Positions 20,652-31,234 of a stretch of 64,000 bases of DNA are shown piece after piece. The stretch is from an uncultured Verrucomicrobiales bacterium (GTDB lineage: Bacteria > Verrucomicrobiota > Verrucomicrobiia > Verrucomicrobiales > DEV007): the NCBI GenBank assembly GCA_938091905.1, contig CALKOM010000006.1, positions 44,009 through 108,008 of the forward strand, given 5' to 3'. The position numbers were made by a program, and so were the translations under genes. Every line of letters begins with the position of its first letter. The stretch's first letter is position 1. Under the pieces are notes generated by a model. That model did not search any database, was not told the origin of the DNA, and was given only the letters and a program-made list of their open reading frames with translations.

Positions 20652-23348
20652 GTGATGAACCTTTGTCGTCTCGCCTCTCTGCTCTTGCTGATAAGCTTGA
20701 GTTGCCTTCAAGGACAAGACGCCGTCGGAACGATTGCCCCTGTAGAGTTTTCTTTGCGCGATCAGACGTTCGCGGAGTCGATGGTGTTAGAGTTGAGCTG
20801 TAGCACAGAGGGGGCAGTGATCCGATATTCTACGGATGGAAATCCGCTGACCTTGTTCAACTCAGCTGTGTATACGAAGCCACTCACCATCAATGGGACT
20901 ACTTGGATTCGTGCGCAGGCATCCGTTTCCAAAGAGTCTAGCGTGATCACGAGTGGTCATTACATTCATTTGGCGGAGGATGTGAGGGACTTCGAATCGC
21001 CATTGCCAATTCTGGTGCTGGAGAACTTTGGTCAAGGTCGCGTTCCTTCCAAGGATTGGAATCAAACCGGTGCGGGTGTTCAGCAAGTGGCGAGACAGCG
21101 TGCCCAATGGTTTCTCTTTGATCGCGATGATGAAGATGGCATCAGTCGGTTGCAACGCGAGCCTAACCAATCCGCGAGACTCGGGGTGCGAGTGCGGGGG
21201 GCCTTCTCGTCTTCCTTTCCCCGAAAGCCATTCTCTGTCGAAGCGTGGGACGAAGAGGATCAGGAAACAGCGATCAAGCCTCTTGGAATGCCAAAGGAAT
21301 CGGATTGGGTCCTCTATCCGCCGAATGCCGTGCAGGATCGGACGCTACTCTACAACACATGGTTGTATGACTTAAGTCGTTCGATTGGTGGCAATGCGAT
21401 GCGTTTCCGGTTTACCGAAGCCTTTGTCCATACAGATGGCGGGTCCTTGTCGATGGATGACCATGCGGGAGTGTATGTCATCCTGGAGAAAGTGAAACGC
21501 GACGGCAACCGTCTCGATTTCCCCCAACTCTCTGAGGACGGTAAGGAGGGAGGGTGGCTTCTGAGCATCAATCGCATGGATCCGATCCCGGTTGGCGGCT
21601 ATCCGACAGCCAATGGAGCCACGGAGCCGCAGTTCTTTCATACGGCTGGACCAAACCGGAATTTGCAAACCTCACCCAATCAAGCGGGACGCGGTGATGA
21701 TATTCCTCGTCAGGGAAACGCTTTTATCAATTTCGAATCGCCTAACGGGTATGCGATCAATGAGGCGCAGCGTGATGCGATCGAGGGTTGGTTTGAGACG
21801 TTTGAAGACGTGCTCTACAGCAATCATTTCCGCGATCCCGTGAATGGCTATCGGCGCTATTTGAATGTCGATAGCTTTGTCGACTACTTCATTCTGCACG
21901 ACATCACGCGGAACACCGATGGTCTTCTCATTAGCATGTGGGTTTACAAGGAAGGTCCTGAGGCCAAACTCAAAATGGGGCCGGTATGGGATTACGATCT
22001 GGCCTACAAAAGCACGGCAACTTCTAGCCTAGCAATAAATCGTGATCGCCTCTGGTATGCGCGTCTCTGGCAAGATCCAGATTTCGAGCAACGCTATAGC
22101 GATCGCTGGCAGGAGTTGCGGGCTGGGCCCCTGTCGGACGAAGCGATTCATGCTCGAATTGATAGTCAGGCAGCTGAGATCACCGAGGAGGTGGCCAGTA
22201 GGCATGGCGTTAGCAGTTGGGGATCGCGCCTCACGATTTGGAAGAATTGGATCACTGATAGAGCGGCGGCGATTGACAAGAAATTTGAACCTCGGCCCAA
22301 GATTGTTCAGCCGAGTGGTAAGATTCACATCGGTGCTCGGGTATCCCTCAAAGCGGGCACCATTTTCTCTGCGCGTGATATTTATGTTACTACGGATGGT
22401 ACAGATCCGAGAGCGCCGGGCGGAGCTGTGGCGGATCAAGCGTCCTTGCTGGATTCTAGCGTTTCGCTTGAGAAGTCGACCCAGATACGCGGCCGCGTCT
22501 TGCATAAGGACACCTGGAGCGGGCTTGTCGAGGCGTGGTATTTCGTTGAAGAGGAACCTGTATCGATAGTGAATCTTGGAATCTCCAAGATTCACTATCA
22601 TCCTTCGGACCCCACGGCTGAAGAGATTGCTGCAGGATTTGACAACGACGATGACTTTGAGTTTCTCGAATTTAGGAACCTCTCGGAGCAGACGTTGCAT
22701 CTTGGAGGAGCACAGTTCTCGGACGGTATCGACTTCACCTTTGGTGCCGAGACGATTTCTCCGCAGGATAGGGTGCTGCTTGTTCGGAATAGGGAGGCTT
22801 TTGAGCGGCGCTATGGAAATGCGCTTCCCGTGGTGGGGGAGTACGAGGGGAGCCTTCGGAACTCTGGGGAATCTTTACGATTGTTAGATTTCGGCGGGAA
22901 TTTGATTGAAGAGATTGAATTCAATGATCGTGGTTCCTGGCCAAGGTCTGCTGATGGGGACGGTCCCAGCCTCGTGCGGATGGAGTCCTCATCGAATGGC
23001 CCGTTCGCATGGCGTCCAAGTGTTTCTGATCAAGGGGCTCCTGGCATAGATGATCAGCTTAAATTCGACGGTGTTTCCAATCTGATTGAGTTCGCTTTGG
23101 GATCTCGAACTCCGGTGAACGTCTCCCGAGAGGAAGACACCGACCGTGCTGTCTTCTCTTATCAACGCAATCTAGCAGCCCACTCGGCTATCTTCGTAGA
23201 GACGTCTTCAGATCTCTTGGACTGGACAGTTTTAGATGCAGTCCAAATTGACCGCCAGTATCTAACGCTGGGAACTGCTGAAGAGCGGTTGTCTGTGCCA
23301 AAGGAACATGCTGGCGCCTTCTATCGTCTTCGTATTGAGTCCCCCTAG
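20652..23348 (+). CDS. Secreted CotH kinase family protein with chitobiase/Fn3 and LTD domains
   Basis: VRGAFSSSFPRKPFSVE, GMPKESDWVL, GVYVILEKVK, MGPVWDYDLA, ISKIHYHP. Confidence 0.9.
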   Translation: MMNLCRLASLLLLISLSCLQGQDAVGTIAPVEFSLRDQTFAESMVLELSCSTEGAVIRYSTDGNPLTLFNSAVYTKPLTINGTTWIRAQASVSKESSVITSGHYIHLAEDVRDFESPLPILVLENFGQGRVPSKDWNQTGAGVQQVARQRAQWFLFDRDDEDGISRLQREPNQSARLGVRVRGAFSSSFPRKPFSVEAWDEEDQETAIKPLGMPKESDWVLYPPNAVQDRTLLYNTWLYDLSRSIGGNAMRFRFTEAFVHTDGGSLSMDDHAGVYVILEKVKRDGNRLDFPQLSEDGKEGGWLLSINRMDPIPVGGYPTANGATEPQFFHTAGPNRNLQTSPNQAGRGDDIPRQGNAFINFESPNGYAINEAQRDAIEGWFETFEDVLYSNHFRDPVNGYRRYLNVDSFVDYFILHDITRNTDGLLISMWVYKEGPEAKLKMGPVWDYDLAYKSTATSSLAINRDRLWYARLWQDPDFEQRYSDRWQELRAGPLSDEAIHARIDSQAAEITEEVASRHGVSSWGSRLTIWKNWITDRAAAIDKKFEPRPKIVQPSGKIHIGARVSLKAGTIFSARDIYVTTDGTDPRAPGGAVADQASLLDSSVSLEKSTQIRGRVLHKDTWSGLVEAWYFVEEEPVSIVNLGISKIHYHPSDPTAEEIAAGFDNDDDFEFLEFRNLSEQTLHLGGAQFSDGIDFTFGAETISPQDRVLLVRNREAFERRYGNALPVVGEYEGSLRNSGESLRLLDFGGNLIEEIEFNDRGSWPRSADGDGPSLVRMESSSNGPFAWRPSVSDQGAPGIDDQLKFDGVSNLIEFALGSRTPVNVSREEDTDRAVFSYQRNLAAHSAIFVETSSDLLDWTVLDAVQIDRQYLTLGTAEERLSVPKEHAGAFYRLRIESP

Positions 23349-23364
23349 CCCAACTCCCTGCACC

Positions 23365-26300
23365 ATGCGTCTTGCTTCTCTTCCTCATTGCTTAGTGATT
23401 GTTATGTTTCTTTCCGAAGTGTCTGCGGAGGTGATCATCTCAGAGTTCTTAGCTCGAAATGAGACTGGCCTGAAGGATGAGGATGGCCAATTGGCTGACT
23501 GGATTGAAATTGAGAATACCGGATCCGAGGCGGTCAGTCTTGAAGGATGGACCCTCACAGATAACCTGAATCGCCCGCGCAAATGGGATTTCCCGGCCGT
23601 GAGTCTGCCTGCAGGCGAGCGCCGAACGATTTTTGCCACGCGGAAAGATCGGAGTGGGCCGGAGGGTGAATGGCACACGAACTTCCGGCTATCGGCTCCA
23701 GGAGAAACGCTGGCCATCTTTATGCCTGATGGAGAAACCGCCGCCGATCAGATCGAAGCCGCGCCGCAGTTTGATGATATCAGTTTTGGGCGAGACGGCG
23801 TGACTGGGCACGTTGGCTATTTGGATAGGGTGACACCAGATGAAACGAACGGAAGTCTGGTCTATTCGGGTCCTGTGATCTCAGACGTCTCCTACGCGCC
23901 GGTTCCGTTGATGCCGGGTGACGATGTGGTGATCACGGCACGTGTGACGGCGCGGGAATCGGATATTCAAGAGGTGAAACTGCTATCAGTGGTTGCTTTT
24001 GGCTCGGTCGGCAATGGCATCACGATACGTGATGACGGCGAAGGCGATGATGCCGAAGCTGGAGATGGACTTTACACGGGCGTCATTTCTGGAAGAACGC
24101 TCTTTGGGCCGAAGGTCAAGGCGGGTGAAATGGTGCGCTGGGCAGTGACAGCGACAGATGCGAATAACGGTAGTTCGCGGCTGCCGACCTTTCTCGATCA
24201 GGAGGGTGTCGAGCAATCGCCAGAGTTCTTTGGTACGGTCGCTGCGGCGACGATCGATACGGAGCTGCCGGTATTTGAGTGGTACACGGGCGACGAACGC
24301 AACTCAGGCACTCGAACTGGGGCACGGGCCTCGGTGAGCTACAATGGGAATTTCTATGACAACATCTTTGTGAGAGCCCGGGGCGGAGCTACCAATGGGC
24401 AGTCGCAGAAATTTAACTTCAACAACGCTTTTCCGTGCTTCGTCGATGAAGATCTTCCCGCCGTGGGGGAGTTGAACCTCAATGCCCAGGGAGGAGATTC
24501 CACGCATTTAAGGCAACCGCTAGCTTTTGAGAGCTATACCTGGATTGGCAATGCAGCTTGCAAGTCATTCCTCACAGTGATGCGGTTGAATGGGAAAGAG
24601 GACCGCACGGGCGTTCTGATTGAGCAAGTCGATGAAGATTTCCTCGAACGTCATGGTTTCGATCCGCTAGGCGATCTCTACAAGATGGTGCAGAGATCGA
24701 ACTTGGATCCTGTCTTTGCTGATACGACCACGGGTATTGAGAAGAAGACGGGCGATCTGTCCGACCTAAGTACGTTCGCATCACTTGTTGAGGGGCTCGA
24801 TAAGGAAGACCAAGAGTTGAAGGCCTACATGTTTGATTCACTGAATTTGCCTCAAGTGTTCAATTACCTTGCTATGCGCTCCATTACGCAAGATGCGGAC
24901 GATGTGAGGAAGAATTTCTACGTCTACAATGATGTCTTAGATACTGGAGAATGGTCCATCTTTCCTTGGGACAAAGACTGGACTTTCGGCATCACGGGAG
25001 ATGGAGGCCAGCATTTGAAGCACCCTTTCTTTGCTGATCAAGCGCATCGCAAGGACAATGCCAACCAGTGGAACAAGCTCTATGAAGCCATCTTCAACGA
25101 TGCGACGACTCGGCAAATGTATTTGAGGCGTCTGCGCTCGGCGATGGATGCGACTCTCCAGCCTAGCGACACCCCAGAAGCGGAACTGCGCTTTGAGAGT
25201 CGTGTCGATGAACTCTTTGCCCAAGCGGAGGGCGATGTGCCGAGTAGTGGGCCAAGAACGGTGAAGCGCTTCTTTCCAGAGCGTCGTGGCGATCTCTACG
25301 AAACGTATTCTGGACTGATTCCGAGTGCCCAAGAGGCGATGCCGGCGATCCAGATTGGTGACGTCGAGTTCCAGCCTGCTTCAGGGAGGCAAGACGAGGA
25401 ATTTATTCAGTTGGTTAATAAGGCCCGAACCGCAGTGGATGTGTCAGGGTGGGAATTGGATGGAGCGGTGAAATTCACGTTTGCTGAGGGAACTGTCTTG
25501 GCAGCTCGCAGCTTGTTTGATCCGAGCATCTCGACGTCGCTCTACGTTTCCCCAAATGTGAATGCCTTTCGTGCGCGTTCGGAAAGTCCCACAGGAGGCG
25601 AGGCCCACTTTGTCCAGGGGCCGTATCGCGGTCATCTCTCCAATCGCGGCGAGACCATTGTCTTAAAGGATAGCGAGGGGAACATCATCGCAGAGAAGAC
25701 TTATGAAGGAAATCCTACGGATGTGGAGCGTTACCTTCTTCTGTCAGAAATCATGTACCAGCCTGCAGATCCTAACGGTGAGGCGGAGTTCATCGAACTC
25801 TACAATGCAAGCGATTCGGTGGAACTCGATCTCACGGGGTTGCGGTTCACGGATGGAATCGACTTCGCCTTTATGGAGGGAACGACGCTTGCGCCCAATG
25901 GGTACTTACTGATTGTCAGGAACCGAGCAGCTTTTGAAAGCGTCTATGGGGGCACGGTGCCGATCGCCGGGGAGTTTGCCAATCAATCACGTCTCAACAA
26001 CGCCGGCGAGCGGATCAAATTGGATAACGCCCTCAATAGTACGATCTTTGAAGTACGCTACAACGATAAGGAGCCATGGCCGACCGAGGCGGCTGGTATG
26101 GGATTGTCTCTCACTCTCGTGGAACCCGTCGCGGGCAGCGACTTCGAAGAAGTCGAGTCATGGCGGGCCAGCGCAGGCACTCCCGGGCAGCCTGCGGGCC
26201 CAGGTGGTGGCAATGATCTCCAAGATGTCGACAATGACGGAATAGTAGCTCTGCTAGAAGAGGCTTTCGGAACGAGCGACAATGATCCTGGCGCAGGGGC

Positions 26301-26541
26301 AGGTGCCGTTCGTGTCACTATTGAAAGCGACCGCCTGGTGGTGCGCGCCTCATTGGGGAACAGTGAGGGCATTGACCTGGCCTTGCAGACGTCTTCGGAG
26401 CTGACGGGTTGGGAAGACGGTGGCGATCGCTTTGCTCGGAGCGATGCGAACGGCTTGGCCATATGGACGAGCACGGTTGCGATTGGTGAAGCGGCGTTCC
26501 AAGCCATTCGTCTCGCGGCCACTCGACTTTTGGCTCCGTAA
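23365..26541 (+). CDS. Secreted LTD / CotH kinase family protein
   Basis: IISEFLARN...DWIEIEN; EQVDEDFL; DDVRKNFYVY; FPWDKDWTFG; two C-terminal LTDs. Confidence 0.88.
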   Translation: MRLASLPHCLVIVMFLSEVSAEVIISEFLARNETGLKDEDGQLADWIEIENTGSEAVSLEGWTLTDNLNRPRKWDFPAVSLPAGERRTIFATRKDRSGPEGEWHTNFRLSAPGETLAIFMPDGETAADQIEAAPQFDDISFGRDGVTGHVGYLDRVTPDETNGSLVYSGPVISDVSYAPVPLMPGDDVVITARVTARESDIQEVKLLSVVAFGSVGNGITIRDDGEGDDAEAGDGLYTGVISGRTLFGPKVKAGEMVRWAVTATDANNGSSRLPTFLDQEGVEQSPEFFGTVAAATIDTELPVFEWYTGDERNSGTRTGARASVSYNGNFYDNIFVRARGGATNGQSQKFNFNNAFPCFVDEDLPAVGELNLNAQGGDSTHLRQPLAFESYTWIGNAACKSFLTVMRLNGKEDRTGVLIEQVDEDFLERHGFDPLGDLYKMVQRSNLDPVFADTTTGIEKKTGDLSDLSTFASLVEGLDKEDQELKAYMFDSLNLPQVFNYLAMRSITQDADDVRKNFYVYNDVLDTGEWSIFPWDKDWTFGITGDGGQHLKHPFFADQAHRKDNANQWNKLYEAIFNDATTRQMYLRRLRSAMDATLQPSDTPEAELRFESRVDELFAQAEGDVPSSGPRTVKRFFPERRGDLYETYSGLIPSAQEAMPAIQIGDVEFQPASGRQDEEFIQLVNKARTAVDVSGWELDGAVKFTFAEGTVLAARSLFDPSISTSLYVSPNVNAFRARSESPTGGEAHFVQGPYRGHLSNRGETIVLKDSEGNIIAEKTYEGNPTDVERYLLLSEIMYQPADPNGEAEFIELYNASDSVELDLTGLRFTDGIDFAFMEGTTLAPNGYLLIVRNRAAFESVYGGTVPIAGEFANQSRLNNAGERIKLDNALNSTIFEVRYNDKEPWPTEAAGMGLSLTLVEPVAGSDFEEVESWRASAGTPGQPAGPGGGNDLQDVDNDGIVALLEEAFGTSDNDPGAGAGAVRVTIESDRLVVRASLGNSEGIDLALQTSSELTGWEDGGDRFARSDANGLAIWTSTVAIGEAAFQAIRLAATRLLAP

Positions 26542-26770
26542 AACGATGTTCAAGAGGCTTCGTGGTTATTCTGGTGGACGATTCTTCTCTAGACCAGGAT
26601 CAGGAAGTTATTGAGGTCTTATTCCAGCCTTAAGACCAACGATAGAACCGTTAGCACGGTTGAAACGCGATGGCGTGATCGTTGTTCCAACGTTGCCCCT
26701 GACGGAACGGCAAAACCTATGATGGAATTGTTTAGTTAACTTCGCGCAACGCGGTCCTGTAACTTCGACA

Positions 26771-26806
26771 AAGAGAAAGGGGCACTCTCTGCAGAGAATG
26801 CCCCTT
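26771..26806 (-). terminator. Intrinsic terminator of the LamG gene
   Basis: AAGGGGCA...TGCCCCTT stem; T-rich tail on the minus strand. Confidence 0.7.
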
Positions 26807-26835
26807 GTAGTCGATTGATTTGTACTGAACCGATC

Positions 26836-29800
26836 TTACTGCTCAACGCCTCGGTAGTAGCCGGCAGCTCTTCCTAGGCGTGCGGCATCACTATCCTCGA
26901 AGTTGATCTCGCCTTGCAATCCGGGCTCGACTACCTCCCAGGTCTGCAAGTCTTGCGAGTACTCGATGTTGTAGGTCGTGTTTGCCGCGCCTGTGAAGGA
27001 GACGCCGATGCTGCCAGGGCCTGAGACAATGGCAATAACCGGTGCTTCTCCAGCTGGTGGCGGTTTGACTGGGCCCAATGTCAGGATCTGATTTAACGAT
27101 GCGCCAGAGGTGGCGAGCGTCACCACTTCGTCATTGGTCAGTGGGCGTGTCCAGAAGGCGATATCATCGATGAGGCCATTCCAGGTCCGGTCTGCGGTGT
27201 CTGGGTTCTGACCGATCATCATGGGCATTACATTATCCTCGAGAGTCGGCGCCAAGCCTTCCTCAACGAGCTCACCATCCACAAAGAGACGCACGGCGAC
27301 ATCGGGCTCACTTACGAGGGCGATATGATGCAGCTCACCATCATTCACATCGGGACCTTCTCTGGCAATGTCACCAGCGCCCCCATTGCCAACCAGGCGG
27401 TTTGTGTCGCCGCCCTGACGGTGGATGCGCCATTGATTCTGTTCCCCCTTCGCTGCCAAGGCTTGCCAGCCTTTATCAAATCCATCGACCCGAAACCAGG
27501 CCGATACGGTGAACCCTGTCGGATTGTCAGGGGCTCCAAAGTCGAACAGATCTTCATTCGCAAGCGGTGTTTCGATGTATTGACCGGCGCCATCGAGATC
27601 GACGCCTTGGCCAAAGGCACCTTCGGTGAAGGTGAGGTCTGCGGCGGGATGATCGGCGAGTAACTCGGGCATGTCTTGTTTGTCGCCGCCTTCCCAGACT
27701 TTGCCGACGCCATGGCTGTTGCCGGCTGTGTCCTGCAAGTCGCCGTCGAGCGGGTAATAGGCCACCAAGCCTTCCGCCAGCGAGCTGTTACCACTGCTTG
27801 GGAGGGCGCTCACTATGACGTTGTCGAACTGGATGGTTTCCGTGGCACCACCCGTGCGCGCACCAAAGGCGATCCGCATGGCAGGTGTCGCTTGGAAATC
27901 GTCGAGCGCCAACTTGTCGTAGATGGTCTCGCCATCGACAACCACGGTCACGCCGACACCCGGCTGATAAGTGATGCTAATCGGGTGAAATTCACCATCG
28001 AAGTTGTAGAAACGACTGTCTTTGATGTCTTCCCCATCTTCAAGACGCTGGATCTCAACGTCGTTGCCGTCGAGACTGACATCGATGCCAATGCCCGTGG
28101 CAGCGCCTTCACCACCATTGTTCCAGGTATCAAACTCCACTGCCAAGCCACTACTATGGCCTTCTTCACCAGCTGTGGCACCGTCATCGATTTCACCATA
28201 GTTGAAGGAGAACCCATCCGCAGGCTGACCTTCAGCTGCGAGTAGCAGATCCGCCTCAAAGACAAAGCCATCGGCGAGATCGGCAATAACCGGTAGTTTA
28301 TAGCTAGCGCTTTCACTTCCAACGCCATCTTCAGTGAGTTGCAAGGCTTGATCGACGATCTTCGTGGAGCCTTGATTACTGGAGAGAACAGAGCCATCTC
28401 TCAGATCGGTCTCATCATTCGCGTAGGCATCGAAGTTGTTCTCATAATGAATCGGCACGATCCCACCAGCATCGATCGATTGGATGAACTGCAAGGATAC
28501 ACCACTGAGAATAGCATTACCGTCAGCGAAGCCAGCATCCGTGCCGTTCAAGTCGATGACGACATCGCCGGCTTCGGTCTGATTGAATTCGTAAATGAGG
28601 TAGGCAGCAGAAGCACCACTATAGTCGCTTTCTTGGAACGCGTTCGGGCTGAAGGATTCAACGATATCTTCTCCATCCACTTTGACGAAGAAGCCGCGGT
28701 CGCAACACTTCTCACCAAAGATCATTTGTAAGCGATAGGCGCCGCGGTCCACATCCTTGAGCGTCACGACGACACCTGAGGGTTGGCCCGACCAGCGAAT
28801 ACCACTGGCGACCTTGGCCAGACCAATGCCTTCAGGCGAATCACCGAAGTTATTGGCTGCGGCCCAATCTTCGATGTGATTCGTTGCTTCGATTACAATA
28901 TTGTCAGGAGCTGGGGTGTCGGCGAGGAAGAGGATATCACCCACCTGCACGTCTTCTTCGGTCTCGGCCACATTGACCGCGTGGGTGAATGAACCGGTGA
29001 TGGTCAGATCACCGAGGGTGTCTTCGGCAAGTTTCCCCACGAGCACTTGCTCATGGATAGGCCCACCTTCCTGATTTCCAGGACTGTTAGGATCGAGAGG
29101 GTCGAAGCCGTTGGCCACTTCAAAAGAGTCGCTGAATTTGTCGCCATCGGTGTCACGATTGGTGGGACTCGTTCCAAATTCGGCTTCGCGGCCGTTGGTT
29201 AAGCCATCACGGTCATTGTCACCGTCTGAGAAATCGTTAGGGTCATTCCCGCTGGCAAGTTCAGCCGCATCTTCAAAGCCGTCATCATCGGAATCTACAG
29301 AGAGCGGGTTGGTCTCATGGATGTTCACTTCCGCTCCGTCTTCGAGACCATCGCCATCGGTATCGACCAACAAGGGATCCGTTCCAAGCTCAGCCTCCAG
29401 GTTATCGGCCAAGCCATCGCCATCGCTATCGATGGGCGCATTGTCGCCCACTGGCAGCGACAAGCCTGGGGAGTCTTTCAATTGACCGACTTCATCCGCC
29501 GTGATGATTCGATTGTAGATCTGCACATTATCAAAGGTGCCGTCCAGGGGCAGGCCCCCATTGTAAGAGCTGAACTGAAACGCGAAGGATCTGTTGTCCG
29601 TCAATACCAATGGATCTGGCAAGCTGTTAGCCACGCCATCGACATAGATAGTGGCGCTTCGAGCTTCCGGCGTGTTGTCATAAACGAGCACAATGTGATG
29701 CGCTTGCCCTGCGACTAAAACGTTCTCTGCTACGAACTCTGGATTCTCCCCGGCAGATTCTGGGAGCCACGCTAACGAGCTGTCTATGGCTAGAAGCGCG

Positions 29801-31182
29801 AAGGCTGGTGTGCCAATGTTACCTCGAGCGAAGACAGTCCCGACGTTGGCACTCAGGGCGTCTAGTTGCATCCATAACGAAACACTAAAGTTGTCCAGTG
29901 CTTCGATGCCTTCCACCACGAGTTCGCCGCCGCCGGAAGTCTTCAATGCGGTGCCTCCTGAGAGGCCCTCAGCACCAAGCTCAGCCGTGCCAGCTGGTAT
30001 GAGCAAAGTTCCGTTGTTTCCATTACCAGAAATATCGGCCACCTCGAGATTACCAATGGCCTCATCGAGCTGCAAATGGGTGAGTGGGCCAAGACGATTG
30101 ATCACACTGGCGGTCAAGGGAACCGTGATGGCGGTTTCGGTTTGGTCATTGCTAGTAATCTCCATCGTAGCATTGAACGCGCCCGTTCTGCCAGCCGGAT
30201 CAAAGCTCACCTCAAGCTCCGCTTTGGGTTCTGGTGCACCATCCACGCCAGTGTCGGCAGGCACCGTGACCGGCAATGCCGTCAGTACTGTGAAATGGGA
30301 GGCATCCGGGCCGGTGATCGCAATGCTAGAAACCTCCAAATCTGTGGTGGGTCCGGTATTGCGTATTCGAAACGTATTGACTGTCGCAGGTGTGGAGGAC
30401 ACCTGCCCGAACTTGAGTGCCGAGCCGGACAGCAAATTGGGGTCATCATCGCTGGTATTTAGCGTGTGCACCACCAAACCTTGAAGAATGGGATTGTTGT
30501 CCCCACCCAACTGATCTTGGCCACCAATGTGTTGTTGCATGATGATATTAAGTTCGCCATCACCTGAGGCTTCGAATTCTCCCACATACACAAAGGTGTT
30601 CTCAGGAGACCAGGCATCAGGATCTTCGTTGGTGCCTTCAGAAGTGAAATCGTCCACTGTTAAGACATCATTGACCGAGATGTCCCAGTGCCGATCACGA
30701 TCGGCACCTTCATTGACTAAGATTTGGACTTCGTAGAGGCCGCCACCATCGAGACCGGACACATCCATGGTTAAAGGGCTAGGTGCTGCTGACCAACGGA
30801 TGTCCTCCATGATGGCAGACAGATTGTCCGCCGAATCGCCATCACCACCGCTGAAGCCTGGTGCTGCGGCCCAGCCATCGATAAAGTGTGTGGATGTCAA
30901 GTCGACCCGCACGCTTTCGCGTTCTACCAAGCCGATGGTATTGTCATCCGTCTTATCAGTTTGAAAGAGGACGCCGTTGACTTCGCGATCTTCATCCCCA
31001 AAGACATCCACAGCGACCACGACAGTGTCAGGGTCGAGATGCAATTCATCGGGGCTGGTGATTTGGAGGATCCTGCCGTTGCCATCGTCTTCATTGAGAA
31101 CGATGGTCTCGGCAGCTAGCGGTGTTGTGTGAACGATAAGAAATGTCGTCAACATCACCTTGAGTGAGAGGTGTAGTTTCAT
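26836..31182 (-). CDS. Large secreted multi-domain lectin/adhesin-like protein (two LamG domains, Ig-like domain, thrombospondin type-3 Ca-binding repeats, legume-lectin-like domain)
   Basis: Signal peptide; FSVSLW...HHIVLV...YVDG...GTFDNVQIYNR; DSDGDGLAD/DTDGDGLED repeats; ADGFSF...AVEFDTW. Confidence 0.8.
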   Translation of the reverse strand: MKLHLSLKVMLTTFLIVHTTPLAAETIVLNEDDGNGRILQITSPDELHLDPDTVVVAVDVFGDEDREVNGVLFQTDKTDDNTIGLVERESVRVDLTSTHFIDGWAAAPGFSGGDGDSADNLSAIMEDIRWSAAPSPLTMDVSGLDGGGLYEVQILVNEGADRDRHWDISVNDVLTVDDFTSEGTNEDPDAWSPENTFVYVGEFEASGDGELNIIMQQHIGGQDQLGGDNNPILQGLVVHTLNTSDDDPNLLSGSALKFGQVSSTPATVNTFRIRNTGPTTDLEVSSIAITGPDASHFTVLTALPVTVPADTGVDGAPEPKAELEVSFDPAGRTGAFNATMEITSNDQTETAITVPLTASVINRLGPLTHLQLDEAIGNLEVADISGNGNNGTLLIPAGTAELGAEGLSGGTALKTSGGGELVVEGIEALDNFSVSLWMQLDALSANVGTVFARGNIGTPAFALLAIDSSLAWLPESAGENPEFVAENVLVAGQAHHIVLVYDNTPEARSATIYVDGVANSLPDPLVLTDNRSFAFQFSSYNGGLPLDGTFDNVQIYNRIITADEVGQLKDSPGLSLPVGDNAPIDSDGDGLADNLEAELGTDPLLVDTDGDGLEDGAEVNIHETNPLSVDSDDDGFEDAAELASGNDPNDFSDGDNDRDGLTNGREAEFGTSPTNRDTDGDKFSDSFEVANGFDPLDPNSPGNQEGGPIHEQVLVGKLAEDTLGDLTITGSFTHAVNVAETEEDVQVGDILFLADTPAPDNIVIEATNHIEDWAAANNFGDSPEGIGLAKVASGIRWSGQPSGVVVTLKDVDRGAYRLQMIFGEKCCDRGFFVKVDGEDIVESFSPNAFQESDYSGASAAYLIYEFNQTEAGDVVIDLNGTDAGFADGNAILSGVSLQFIQSIDAGGIVPIHYENNFDAYANDETDLRDGSVLSSNQGSTKIVDQALQLTEDGVGSESASYKLPVIADLADGFVFEADLLLAAEGQPADGFSFNYGEIDDGATAGEEGHSSGLAVEFDTWNNGGEGAATGIGIDVSLDGNDVEIQRLEDGEDIKDSRFYNFDGEFHPISITYQPGVGVTVVVDGETIYDKLALDDFQATPAMRIAFGARTGGATETIQFDNVIVSALPSSGNSSLAEGLVAYYPLDGDLQDTAGNSHGVGKVWEGGDKQDMPELLADHPAADLTFTEGAFGQGVDLDGAGQYIETPLANEDLFDFGAPDNPTGFTVSAWFRVDGFDKGWQALAAKGEQNQWRIHRQGGDTNRLVGNGGAGDIAREGPDVNDGELHHIALVSEPDVAVRLFVDGELVEEGLAPTLEDNVMPMMIGQNPDTADRTWNGLIDDIAFWTRPLTNDEVVTLATSGASLNQILTLGPVKPPPAGEAPVIAIVSGPGSIGVSFTGAANTTYNIEYSQDLQTWEVVEPGLQGEINFEDSDAARLGRAAGYYRGVEQ

Positions 31183-31234
31183 GAGGTTTTAAGGGTGTAG
31201 CAATGGCCATTCCACTCAACAAATGGCCAACTTG

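Noticed and set aside
29100..29440. Repeated DNA motifs suggesting an array
   Set aside because: They encode DxDxDG calcium-binding repeats inside a CDS; no CRISPR repeat-spacer pattern or cas gene was seen in the window
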